In this document: piece after piece, positions 33,501-41,477 of the stretch
How the letters are laid out: every line of letters begins with the position of its first letter
Numbering within the stretch: the stretch's first letter is position 1
From: an uncultured delta proteobacterium
Lineage (GTDB): Bacteria > Myxococcota_A > Polyangia > Haliangiales > Haliangiaceae
Assembly: GCA_963848295.1 (NCBI GenBank)
Contig: CAWKDB010000010.1
Span: 448,001-512,000 of the forward strand
DNA: 64,000 nt
Reading direction: 5' to 3'
Program-made: the position numbers and the translations under genes
Notes under the pieces: model-generated
What the model was told of the DNA's origin: nothing
The model's database searches: none
The model's input: the letters and a program-made list of their open reading frames with translations, nothing else

Positions 33501-36500
33501 CGCGGGACGTCGAGCGACTTCGCGCCTTCGGTCGCGTACAGCTGGGCGAGCGGCTCCCACGTGTTCGTGATCTCTGCGAGCCGCTCGATGTGGCCGAGCG
33601 TGAGCTGGTTCCCGCTGTCGTCGCGCAGCGCGCGAGAGTAGGCCTCGAACGCGGCGTGCGCGTTGCCGATCATCTGCTCGTGCAGCTTCGCGATCCGGTG
33701 CAACAGATCGACGCGCGCGAGCGGATCGTCGTTGTGCGCGACCATCACTTCGAGGACATCGACGAGCTTGGCGTAGTCGCCGGTCGAGTCGTAGATCGGC
33801 TCGAGCACGCGCGCAGCCATGACCGGCTCGACCTTGCCGTGGACCAGGCCGTCGAGCGCGGCCAGCGTCTCGGAGTGCGCCGGATCCATGTCGAGCGCTT
33901 CGCGATAGCTCTCGATCGCGCGCGCGACGTCGCCGAGCCGGACCTGCCAGAGGTTACCGATGCGGTACTTGAGGCCGACGGTCTCACCCGAGGTCTCGGA
34001 CAGCTCGACTTGGCGCTCGAGGTTGCCGAGCAAGTCGTACCAACGCTCGGCGGCACCGTAGAGCCGGTCGAGCGATTGGATCGCGGGCAGCTCGTCCGCG
34101 TCGAGATCGAGGATCGCCTGATACGTCTCGATCGCCTTCGCGACATCACCGAGCTCGCGGTCGTAGACCTGCGCGAGCACGTAGAGCATCCGTTTCTTGT
34201 CCGCCGGATCCTCGGCGAGGTCGGCCTTCTTCGCGTAGACGTCCTTGAGCGGCTCCCATCGGGCGAGCCGGACGTAGAGCCGCTCGAGGCTGTCCATCGC
34301 GGGCAGATCGACATCGTCGATCGCGAGCACTTGGCGGAACGTCGCGATCGCGGCGTCGGCGTTGCCGAGCACCTCTTCTTCGATCTGCGCCGACCGGTAG
34401 AGCAACCGTTTGCGCTCCGCGACGTCGGTCAAGATCTCGGACTTGCGCTTGAGGATGTCGACGAGCTTGGCCCAATCAGCCGTGCGCTCGTGGATCGCCT
34501 GGATCGCGGTGGCGGCCTCGACGGTTTGCGGCGCCGCGGCCAGGATCCGCTCGTAGGTCACGACCGCGGCCTTGTCGTCGCGCAGCTCGTTCTCTTGGAT
34601 GTGAGCGCGGCGGAACAGCAGCTGGACCTTGAGATCGTCGTCTTGCGCCTCGCCCGCGACCTGATCGTAGAGGTCGGCGACCGCGGGCCACTTGTCGAGC
34701 CCGCGCGCGAGGCGATCGAGCTGTTGGTGCGTCGTCTCGTTGCGCGGATCTTCACGCAGCGCGCGAGAGAACGTCGCGAACGCGGCATCCGCGTTGTCGC
34801 CGCCGATCTCGTGCAGCTCCGAGATCATGTGGAGCAATTCGATCTTGCGCGCCGGATCGAACGCGTGGCGCGCCATGATCTCGTACACGCCGATCTGCTT
34901 GGTCCACTCGCCTCGCGCCTTGTAGATCGGCTCGAGGATGTTCGCGATCGTGAGCTCGTGCTCCGGGTTGGTGATCAAGCGCTCGAGCGCTTGGACCGCG
35001 TCGCGGTTCTGGTCCTCGTGATCGAGCACCTGGCGATAGGTCTCGACCGCGGCCGCGGTCTCGTTGAGGTGGGTCTCGCGCAGCTGCGCGAGCCGAACGA
35101 GCAAGGCGACCTGTTCGTAGGGCTGTTCGACGAGCGTCAGCTGGCGACCGATGTTGTCGCCGAGCTCGCGCCACGACTTGCGTTGGACGTACAGCCGATC
35201 GAGCGCGCGCAAGGCCTTCAGATCGTCCGGCGCCTGGCCGAGGATCTCGTTGTAGATCTCGATCGCCTCGTCGGGAGCGTTGAGCATCTCCTCGTGGATC
35301 TGGGCCGAGCGGAACAAGAACTCGAGGCGCTCCTCGGGCGCTTCCGCGATGTCGATGCGGCGGCGATAGATCTCGAGGAGCTCGGGGAACCGTTCGTCGC
35401 GCGTGAAGATCGACTCCAGCGCGGCGAGCGCGTTGAGGTCGTCGCTCTCGAGCGACAGCGCCTTGCGGAAGAACTCGACCGCCTTCGCGCTGTTGGACAG
35501 CCGGTCTTCGTAGTTGCGCGCGACCTTGGTCGCGAGCTCGTGCGCGAGGTCGTTCGCGAGGTCCTTGCTCTCGAGCGCGGCTTCGAACAGCTTGACGAGT
35601 CTGGCCCAGCCGTCCTCGATCAGGGGCGCGAGCGCCTCGAGCTGGTCCTTGGCGGCCTCGGTCGCGGGATCTTCCTTGAACGCGCGAGCGTACGCGTCGA
35701 ACGCCTTCTCGGCGTCGAGCAGCTTCGTGCGCTGGAGCTCGCCGATGCGCAACAACAGCGAGCCGCGGCGGAGCTGATCCTTCTCGGCGGCGAGCTGGAT
35801 CTCGTGAACGCCGACGAGCGGGCTCCACTCCTGGAGCTGCTCGTACACCGGCTCGAGGATCCCCGCGACGGTGAGCTGCTGCTTGGCCTCGCCTTTGCCA
35901 TGCGACGACTCCTTCGGCGCGCGCAGCCGGACTTCGAGCGAGTCGCGCGCCTTGGGATGGCCGACGTCGATATCGAGGATATCGCGATACGCGTCGATCG
36001 CGCCCGGCAGGTCGTCGAGGTGCTGCTCTTTGACTTGACCGAGCCGGTACTTGAGCTCGACGTGCGCGGGCTTGTCGTCGTCCGGGCCGATGATCGTCAG
36101 CTGACGACCGAGCACGTCCGCGAGATCTTTCCACATCGAGTTGCGGACGTAGACCCGGTCGAGAGAGCGCAGCGCGATCGGCTCGTCGCCAGCGACGTCG
36201 AGGATCGCCTGATAGGCCGCGATCGCTTTCTTGTCGTCTTTGATCTCGTCTTCGTAGAGCTGGCCGATCTTCGACTGGATCGCGATCCGATCGTCGGCGC
36301 CGCCGGTGAGATCGAGCTTCTTCTCGTAGACCTGCAGCAGCTCGTCGAACTGCGACTTGCCGAGGTAGAGGCGCTCGAGCGCATCGAGCGCCTGCTCGTT
36401 GCGTTCATCGATCGCGAGGATCTGACGGTTCATGTCGAGCGCGCGCTCGATGTCGCTCTGTTCCTTCTCGATGACTCGCGCCATCACGAGCATCAGCGGC

Positions 36501-39500
36501 AGCGCGTCGCCCTTGTGGCTGAACTTCGGCAGCGACGCGGCATAGGCGTCGACCAGCTGGTTCCAGCCTTGGGTCTCGGCCGCGAGGCGCTCGACCTCGG
36601 CCCAGATCCACTCGGCTTCGTGATCCTCGCCGTGCGCCTTGAGCCACCAGCCGAAGGCCGCGCCCTTGTCGCGCAGCTTTTCTTCGTTGTACTGGGCGAG
36701 CCGCTGCATCCGCTTCTGACGGTCGTCGCGGTCTTCAGATGGCGTCGCGCGCAGCTGGATCTCGAGCGCGCGGACGAGCGCGCGCGGATCGCGGCCCGCC
36801 TCGTAGAGCGGGATCAGCGCTTCGGCGGCGGCGAGGTTGTTCTCGTCGATCGTGAGGACCTTCTCGAACGCGCGCATCGCGCGATCGGCCTTCTGGAGCT
36901 CGTCGCGATAGAGCACCGCGATCTTCATCGCGAGCTCGAGCTTGTGGCTCTCGCTGCCGGATTCGACCTCGCGCTCGAGCACCCGGATGTACTCGTCGAT
37001 CTTGCCGCGCGTGCGATAGAACTCTTCGAGATCCGCCCACCGGCCTTCGGTGACGTAGAGCTTCTTGAGCGCATCTTGCGCGCGCCGATTGTTCTCGTCG
37101 ATCGCGAGCAGCTGCTGCCAAGCGTCGATCGCCTTCGCGCTGTTCTCGACCTTCTCGGTGTAGAGCAAGCCGAGGCGCTGGAGCGCGTCGGCCTTCGCTT
37201 GCGCGTTCGGCGCAGCGTCCGCTTGCCGCTTGCAGATGTCGGCGAGCTTGTCCCATTCCTTGTTGCGCTCGTACAGCTTGTAGAGCTCGGCCAGCGCCTC
37301 TTCGTGCGAGGGCTCGTACTGGAGGACCTTTTCCCACCAGTACGTGCAGATCTCCGGCTTCTTGACCTTCGTCGCCGCCATCTTGGCGACTTCGATCACC
37401 TTCGCACCGCGCTCCGACTCGGGCGCGCGATCGACTTCGGACTCTTTGAGCTTGATCAGCTTTTCCCAGTCGCGGCGCTTCTCGTAGACCGCGAGCAGGT
37501 GATCGACGGCGTGCTGGTTGTTCGGATCGATCTCGAGGACCTTCTCGAACGCCTTGATCGCCTCGGCCTGGTTCGAGAACCGCTCGAGGTAGAGGTTCGC
37601 GACCTGGAGGTAGATCGCGACCTTCGCGTTGCCGTCGATCGAGCGATCGGCTTTCTCCTGCAAGACCTTGACGAGATCGGGCCAGCGCTTCTTCGCCTCG
37701 TACAGCGCGGCGAGCCGATCGTAGGCGTCGGTCAGCGACGGATCGGCTTGCACCGCCGAGTTGAGCGCCGCCATCACCTGGTTGTCGTTGTTGAGCTTGC
37801 CGTACGCATCGGCGAGCTCGAGCAACACGGCGGCCTTGTCGGCCGGCGTCGTGGCCGCCTTGGCTTCTTCGTCCTTGAGCGCGTCGGCGAGCTGGGCCCA
37901 CGACGCGGCGGCGCGCAGCACGCGAGCGAGCTCGCGGCGCGGCGGTTGCGCGGCCGGGAACTTCGCGACGACTTCCTTCCAACCGAGCACCCCCTTGTCG
38001 GCGCCGCCCTCGGCGGACCTCGCGCGGGTCATCGCCGCATCGAGATCGGCCGGCATCGGCTCGGCCGGCTTCGCAGCAGCGACCTTCGCGGCGTCGGCGG
38101 CAGCCTTCGCAGCGGCAGCGCCGTCGTCGGTGGTGGCTTTCGCGGCCTGCTCGGGCGCGGCCTTGGCCGCCGGTTCGGGCGCGGCCTGTCGAGCGGCCGC
38201 GGCTTTCGCGTCGGCGTCGGCCTTCTCCGCCGCGGCCTCGGCTGCAGCCTTCTCGGCGGCCTTCTCGGCCTTTTGTTCTTTCTTCGACTTCTTCCCTGAT
38301 TTTTTTTCGGGCTCGTCGGCCTCTTCGGCCGTGTCGTCTTTGATCGCCGGCAGGTCGGTCATCGACCCCTTCGCGATCGCCGCGCCGTCGAGTCCAACCG
38401 CGGACACGAAGTCCTGGACGTGTGGGTTCTGCGGCTCGATCGACGCCGCGATCGCGAAGAACTTCTTTGCGCGATCGGTGTCGTTGAGCTTGTCGAACGC
38501 GATGTGCCCGGCCGCGATCGCGAGGTACAGCCGATCTTCGGCGCCCGGAATCTTCTCGAGCACCGCGTCGGCGAGCTCGATCAGCGGCATCCACTCGCCG
38601 CGATCGCCTTGGACCTGACGCAGCAGCGTGAACGCCGCGATGATCGACTTCATCGGCGTCGCGCCGTTCGACGCGGTCGCCTTGAGCGCCGCCGCGAAGA
38701 ACTTCGCGCCGCGATCTTTGTCTTTGAACCGTTGCACCCACTCGAGGCCGAACGTGCGCAGGCTCTCGATCCGGTCACCGTGCTCGCCCGCCCGATCGGC
38801 GCGGCGCAGCTGATGTGCCTCGAGCTCGTCCCAGCGCGAGCCCGCGGCGAGCAGCGTCTCGTACATGAAGTTCGCGCTTGCCTCGTCGATGTCCTTCGCG
38901 AAGATCCGCTTGAGCAACAGCTCGAGCCGCGGGTCATCGGGCGATTCGATCCGGACGATGCGCGCCGCTCGCACGAGCATGCGCACGCACGTGGCGTCGT
39001 CGAACCGATCGGCATCGTCGGCTAACCGATCGACTTCGTCGGACCAGAACTCGGGGTCATAGGTGACCGCGGCGAGCGCGTCCTTGACGCGGACCGAGTT
39101 GGGCTCGGCGCCGAGCGCGCGTTGCAGCACCGGCAGCGCCTTGTCCTTCTGGCCGCTGTCGAGCATCGCCTCGCCGACGATCTGCGCGAGGTTATTCGCA
39201 GCGGCGGGAGAGCGGAGCTCCATCTCGCCGAGCTTCGCGACCATCTCGAACCGACCGATCTCGCCGTAGACTTCTCTCGCGCGCGACAACGCCTTCAGGT
39301 TGTCGGGATGGAGCTTCCACGCACGTTGATACAATCCGAGCGCGCGTTCGCGCTCTGGAATCACATCTTCGACGAGGCTCGCGAGCTCGTAGAGGCGCTC
39401 GGACTGTTCGGGCTTTGAACCCGACACTTCCAGCTCCTTCTCCAGCTCGTCGATCGTTAGTGCCCAGTCACGTGACCGGCGCAAGCGTTCACGAAGCTCC

Positions 39501-39514
39501 GTGCGCGTATCCAT
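27590..39514 (-). CDS. gltI: Giant TPR protein, AgmK/GltI-like (~3970 aa)
   Basis: Dozens of TPR units (A..AY..IL..DP....AL.AL.RLY); C-terminus RAGFVVCGDL...ELVLYSISEEFFAVR; lies downstream of gltD-G. Confidence 0.8.
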   Translation of the reverse strand: MDTRTELRERLRRSRDWALTIDELEKELEVSGSKPEQSERLYELASLVEDVIPERERALGLYQRAWKLHPDNLKALSRAREVYGEIGRFEMVAKLGEMELRSPAAANNLAQIVGEAMLDSGQKDKALPVLQRALGAEPNSVRVKDALAAVTYDPEFWSDEVDRLADDADRFDDATCVRMLVRAARIVRIESPDDPRLELLLKRIFAKDIDEASANFMYETLLAAGSRWDELEAHQLRRADRAGEHGDRIESLRTFGLEWVQRFKDKDRGAKFFAAALKATASNGATPMKSIIAAFTLLRQVQGDRGEWMPLIELADAVLEKIPGAEDRLYLAIAAGHIAFDKLNDTDRAKKFFAIAASIEPQNPHVQDFVSAVGLDGAAIAKGSMTDLPAIKDDTAEEADEPEKKSGKKSKKEQKAEKAAEKAAAEAAAEKADADAKAAAARQAAPEPAAKAAPEQAAKATTDDGAAAAKAAADAAKVAAAKPAEPMPADLDAAMTRARSAEGGADKGVLGWKEVVAKFPAAQPPRRELARVLRAAASWAQLADALKDEEAKAATTPADKAAVLLELADAYGKLNNDNQVMAALNSAVQADPSLTDAYDRLAALYEAKKRWPDLVKVLQEKADRSIDGNAKVAIYLQVANLYLERFSNQAEAIKAFEKVLEIDPNNQHAVDHLLAVYEKRRDWEKLIKLKESEVDRAPESERGAKVIEVAKMAATKVKKPEICTYWWEKVLQYEPSHEEALAELYKLYERNKEWDKLADICKRQADAAPNAQAKADALQRLGLLYTEKVENSAKAIDAWQQLLAIDENNRRAQDALKKLYVTEGRWADLEEFYRTRGKIDEYIRVLEREVESGSESHKLELAMKIAVLYRDELQKADRAMRAFEKVLTIDENNLAAAEALIPLYEAGRDPRALVRALEIQLRATPSEDRDDRQKRMQRLAQYNEEKLRDKGAAFGWWLKAHGEDHEAEWIWAEVERLAAETQGWNQLVDAYAASLPKFSHKGDALPLMLVMARVIEKEQSDIERALDMNRQILAIDERNEQALDALERLYLGKSQFDELLQVYEKKLDLTGGADDRIAIQSKIGQLYEDEIKDDKKAIAAYQAILDVAGDEPIALRSLDRVYVRNSMWKDLADVLGRQLTIIGPDDDKPAHVELKYRLGQVKEQHLDDLPGAIDAYRDILDIDVGHPKARDSLEVRLRAPKESSHGKGEAKQQLTVAGILEPVYEQLQEWSPLVGVHEIQLAAEKDQLRRGSLLLRIGELQRTKLLDAEKAFDAYARAFKEDPATEAAKDQLEALAPLIEDGWARLVKLFEAALESKDLANDLAHELATKVARNYEDRLSNSAKAVEFFRKALSLESDDLNALAALESIFTRDERFPELLEIYRRRIDIAEAPEERLEFLFRSAQIHEEMLNAPDEAIEIYNEILGQAPDDLKALRALDRLYVQRKSWRELGDNIGRQLTLVEQPYEQVALLVRLAQLRETHLNETAAAVETYRQVLDHEDQNRDAVQALERLITNPEHELTIANILEPIYKARGEWTKQIGVYEIMARHAFDPARKIELLHMISELHEIGGDNADAAFATFSRALREDPRNETTHQQLDRLARGLDKWPAVADLYDQVAGEAQDDDLKVQLLFRRAHIQENELRDDKAAVVTYERILAAAPQTVEAATAIQAIHERTADWAKLVDILKRKSEILTDVAERKRLLYRSAQIEEEVLGNADAAIATFRQVLAIDDVDLPAMDSLERLYVRLARWEPLKDVYAKKADLAEDPADKKRMLYVLAQVYDRELGDVAKAIETYQAILDLDADELPAIQSLDRLYGAAERWYDLLGNLERQVELSETSGETVGLKYRIGNLWQVRLGDVARAIESYREALDMDPAHSETLAALDGLVHGKVEPVMAARVLEPIYDSTGDYAKLVDVLEVMVAHNDDPLARVDLLHRIAKLHEQMIGNAHAAFEAYSRALRDDSGNQLTLGHIERLAEITNTWEPLAQLYATEGAKSLDVPRQVDIYTRLARVYEQELGDVTRSIATHRKILEVEFDNKPAVLALDRLYSATAQWPELTDIIRREIQLSDSADSDAQIAELQFRLGQVLETQLGDRKSAVEVYREILSANPTHEQTLASLEHMFHAGHLQIDIGGVLEPLYEAAGEFHKLHGIHEVQLTKLVGPDRQAMYQRLAELAESKLYDQATAFRWWGDALVEDPRWDHALEQAERLANETGSWDAMVAVYTRALDKASDKDVRRATLLRTARVHEFELGDAAKAVETHLRVVELEPKDPDALAALDRLYLNAGMYDDLAEILRRRIEVSQDPDEQLELYFRRGAIFSDALGDLEQALKAYEAVLAQESRNRRALEAIENIHFRREDWKKLFETYEKLIDTAETDAEMADIYARMARISSDALNDEDKAIELLGRVLDIRGEEPQALQALADLTTRREKWEELVEIVERQIAVAPGDQDQIVLYKRLGKIWEDKLGRERNALDSWLASDRIDGNDLETLRSLARLYRSTQSWDELSQTIKRIIDVGQISADNEISESETIELYAQLGQLEGDVLGRVDEAVQAWRNVIAIDPSDFRALQALEGLFVREGRWEEAIDVLEKRALVLDDEVERRNTLLQAAATWEEKVEDLTRAAQLYERVRSSDPTNMTASERLEAIYRQQYKWTELVEILLERSELVTDVEQQIQMLNQVAKIYETEIGDQESAFYVLQAAFKRDYSHDQTATELERLATATNRWQELLDEYTNRVNELEREDRGAAADLWVKIGRWYSDHLSHLEYAIHSVQQALRIDPAHTGALGGMADLQRKRGSWGELIETLQRHAAVEPDPGKKTDLYIQLAELLERQMQDVGGAIHAYQQALVFSKASATALGALDRLYRRTEQWEPLIDVLTRRAEMSTDDGEIVRFRLEIGQIWDLRLFDAGQSIGAYQKVLDTDPSNLQALRALEGLYEKTEQSEKYLEVLEAQLDVSGSDAERVSLYERMAAAWEERFGKLDRAAEALEKIVAIDQRNYSAYRELARLYQQAGKWESLVETYRNYIMATSDVATRVDLYVAMGQVYEGQLQDIDRAIEAYNDVLSFDADDQRALDALGRLYEKISEWDRATDAMARLVQLAQDPRKQVDLYTRMGRLQYGQLADADGAEANLLRALSLDAAHVPAMEALTKQYSDRGDWLKAAQMMVRAESYTPVVIDKVPLLFEAAQIYQFRLQQDDQAKALYTAVISLDPEHVEAGRPLAELLFNSQQWTDLSPVIDMLSRKVGQLHADPRELNELYYRAAKTADELGDFQKAIGYYKAAYDIDSTYLPTLIGRADLLFKMQDWDNAGKIYQTILVQHRDGQDEKEVVRIYNRLGAVRQALGERKKALNMFEKALEIDPHHRETLEAVIDLQQQQGDWEAVVHAKRGLMQTADTKEKTQLLDEIGGIYHDKLQNPQKATAAYLEALEVTADDHQLLQKVLDLYTETKQWKKAVETIERFIALEPNGSTRGAYYYAAAAVCRDELKSLDEAIDYFNKALDSYFASPEKLTDAAVPRALRSFEAIDKILTTKRDWNAQQRAYRDMIRRIPQQTNNQVFKKLQVGLFDGLGEIYRSRLKQYQSATGAYEIAQQLDPNNELRADGTDRAEILAELYLVAGPDYTDKAVAQHMRMLRNEPFKYDSYKALRRIYMDTHQYDKTWCVCNTLSFLKKADQDEVQFYEQYKPRGLVKAKNMMSGETWAKLVHTDENRYISAIFGACWEGVAAMKGAPHKDFGIKRKDRRQLQGDPLMFSKIFYYVAQVLNVRLPEVFFVDDNKPADIQLANAMEKSELCPSFVVRQHLLQGRSEREIAFLSARRLAFMRPEYYLKMLLPTNTELKVVVLSAIVMLQPRFPVPPDTVQLVGQYVPEMQKRMPPHALEQLGAVVSRFVQAAPEINLAKWGHAVDAVSHRAGFVVCGDLEVAARMISSEPVTVGGPQVKDKIKELVLYSISEEFFAVRAQMGLTIAG

Positions 39515-39663
39515 CTGCGGTCTATCCTCCCGCATTTCCAAAAGAAAACCCGCCCCACACCTTCATGCGCTTATAGCACGGAAAAACCGTGCTCTGCACG
39601 GGCTAGGCCGGCGAATTTTCTAGACTCACCACCGGCTGCCCAGGTGGGCAGCTCTCGAGATTT

Positions 39664-40166
39664 GAAGTGCGCCGCTTCGCGGCGGGTGTTGGACGGAAAT
39701 TGATCAACAGGCAACAGGCAACAGGCAACAGGCAACAGGCAATGGCGGAGCGCCGCTTGCGCGGCGGACGTTTTCGGACGGATCCCGGAGCTTGTTTCCC
39801 CGCTTTCTGATCATCGGGGAACCCACGTCCACGGGGGCGGAACCTGATGATCAGAAAACACGAACACGGCGTCGAGAAACCGATGAAGATCGAGCGTTCG
39901 CCCACATGTCGGACTCGGTCTGCACCCTTGCCGTCGGCCGCCCGAGCAAGCGCCTATGTGCCCGCTCAGAAAACGCGACATCTCAGTCCGAAACACCGGC
40001 CGCGCGGCGCTCCACCTGTTCTCCTGTCAGGTTCTGGGATCCGTAAAATACCCGCCGCGGAGCGGCGCACCTTCATTGCCTGTTGCATGTTGATCAATTG
40101 ATCAATTCGCCCGCCGCGCGTCGCGCGGCGTTCCGTACAACACCCGCCGCGGAGCGGCGCACCTTC
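39664..40166. repeat. ~500 bp self-complementary intergenic element (MITE/REP-like) containing (CAACAGG)5
   Basis: 39664-39790 is an imperfect inverted copy of ~40032-40166; several GCCGC-N3-GCGGC stem units; inner perfect 12 bp inverted repeat at 39804-39815/39846-39857. Confidence 0.8.
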
Positions 40167-40167
40167 C

Positions 40168-41196
40168 TCAGTGTCTCGGGTGCGGCGGCGGCAGCGCCTT
40201 ATTCTTCACGAGGTCCGCAGGCGACGGCTTCTCCGTTGCCGTCTTGTCGACGGGCGGGGCGGTCTTCGCGCTGATGTCCATCAGCATCTTCGTGGCCATC
40301 TGCTTCTCGAACGCGAGCGATGCGCCGCCGGTCTTGTTGAACTCTTCGAGGTCGCGCTTGGCGTCGGTGTAGTCGCCCTTGCGGAAGTACGTCTGACCGC
40401 GCTGGAACTGCGCCTTGTGATCGTTCTTGCTGCTCTCGATCGCCTTGGTGAACGCCTCGATCGCCTTGTCGTCCATCCGCTTGTCGTCGTAGCCCATGCC
40501 GAGATCGAACCAGATGTCCGACACCTCGTTCGCGCCAGGGACGTTGGTCGTGCCTTGCGACGCGACCTTGATCGCCTCGTCGGTGTAGTCCCACTTGCGA
40601 TAGAGCTCGCCGAGCGCGACGTACAGCGAAGGCTCGCGCGGATTCGCGGTGAGCGCCTTCGAGAACTCGTCGGCCGCTTCCTTCGACTTGTCGGTCGCTC
40701 GATAGATCCGGCCGAGGTACTGGTGCGCGCGCCAGAGATCGGGCGCGAGCTTGACCGCTTCGGCGAGGCTCTGCTGCGCCTTCTCGAAGCTGACCCCGGT
40801 CAGATCAGGCGTCACTTCGTTCACCGGTTTGCCCTGCTTGTGGGCCTGCTCGTCGCGCGCCTCGTTGTACGCCTTGTCGTAGAGCGCGATGCCGTACCAC
40901 ATCTGGTACATCGCGTTGTCGGGCACCATCTGGACGGCCTTCTCGAGGGAGTCGACCGCCTTGTCGGGCTTGCCGCTCTCGAGGTACGCGCCGCCCATGT
41001 AGTACCAAGCCTCGTGGTTGTCCGGATAGGCCAGGGTCGCTTTCTCGAACTCGCTGATCGCGCTTTCGTACTGCTTCTGGCCCAGCGCGGTGGTGCCCGC
41101 CTTCTGCGCGGTCCTCGAGTTGTTGAGCGACTGATTCGGACAGCCGGTAGCGCTGAACATCAGACCGACGGAGAGCGCAACCCCGATGAGCTTCAT
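40168..41196 (-). CDS. TPR-repeat lipoprotein
   Basis: Lipobox ATG-C; about seven TPR units. Confidence 0.85.
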   Translation of the reverse strand: MKLIGVALSVGLMFSATGCPNQSLNNSRTAQKAGTTALGQKQYESAISEFEKATLAYPDNHEAWYYMGGAYLESGKPDKAVDSLEKAVQMVPDNAMYQMWYGIALYDKAYNEARDEQAHKQGKPVNEVTPDLTGVSFEKAQQSLAEAVKLAPDLWRAHQYLGRIYRATDKSKEAADEFSKALTANPREPSLYVALGELYRKWDYTDEAIKVASQGTTNVPGANEVSDIWFDLGMGYDDKRMDDKAIEAFTKAIESSKNDHKAQFQRGQTYFRKGDYTDAKRDLEEFNKTGGASLAFEKQMATKMLMDISAKTAPPVDKTATEKPSPADLVKNKALPPPHPRH

Positions 41197-41256
41197 GGGC
41201 GAAACGTAATCCGTTCCGAGCGACGAATCAAACGCCAGCTTCGATTCTCCTCTGCC

Positions 41257-41305
41257 TGGTCGCGAAACCGCGTGCGGTGGTCGCGAAACCGCGGGCTGGC
41301 GCGAA
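41257..41305 (+). repeat. Intergenic repeat: tandem TGGTCGCGAAACCGCG x2, overlapping the dispersed repeat shared with 27550..27578
   Basis: Identical 16-mers at 41257-41272 and 41278-41293. Confidence 0.7.
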
Positions 41306-41477
41306 CGAGCCAACTGACGAGCACCGGCGTAGCTCTCTGCTCGAGCTCGAACGTCGCGCGGTCTTGCCCGAGCGTGCGAGGAGCCGCGAGCGCGAGGCGC
41401 CGCGAGGATCCGGACCGCAGCGTGCTTCTCCTGCACGTGAGGACCGGAAGCCGAGCGCGATCGCGGCCCGCAGCCGC

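Noticed and set aside
29852..38299. Very long plus-strand ORFs (1150 and 1664 aa; also 45897..49238)
   Set aside because: Antisense shadows of gltI and gltD caused by high-GC codon bias; no recognisable motifs.
38300..38307. A8 run in the gltI coding strand as a slippage or phase-variation site
   Set aside because: In frame, short, and inside a Lys-rich linker; no supporting evidence.
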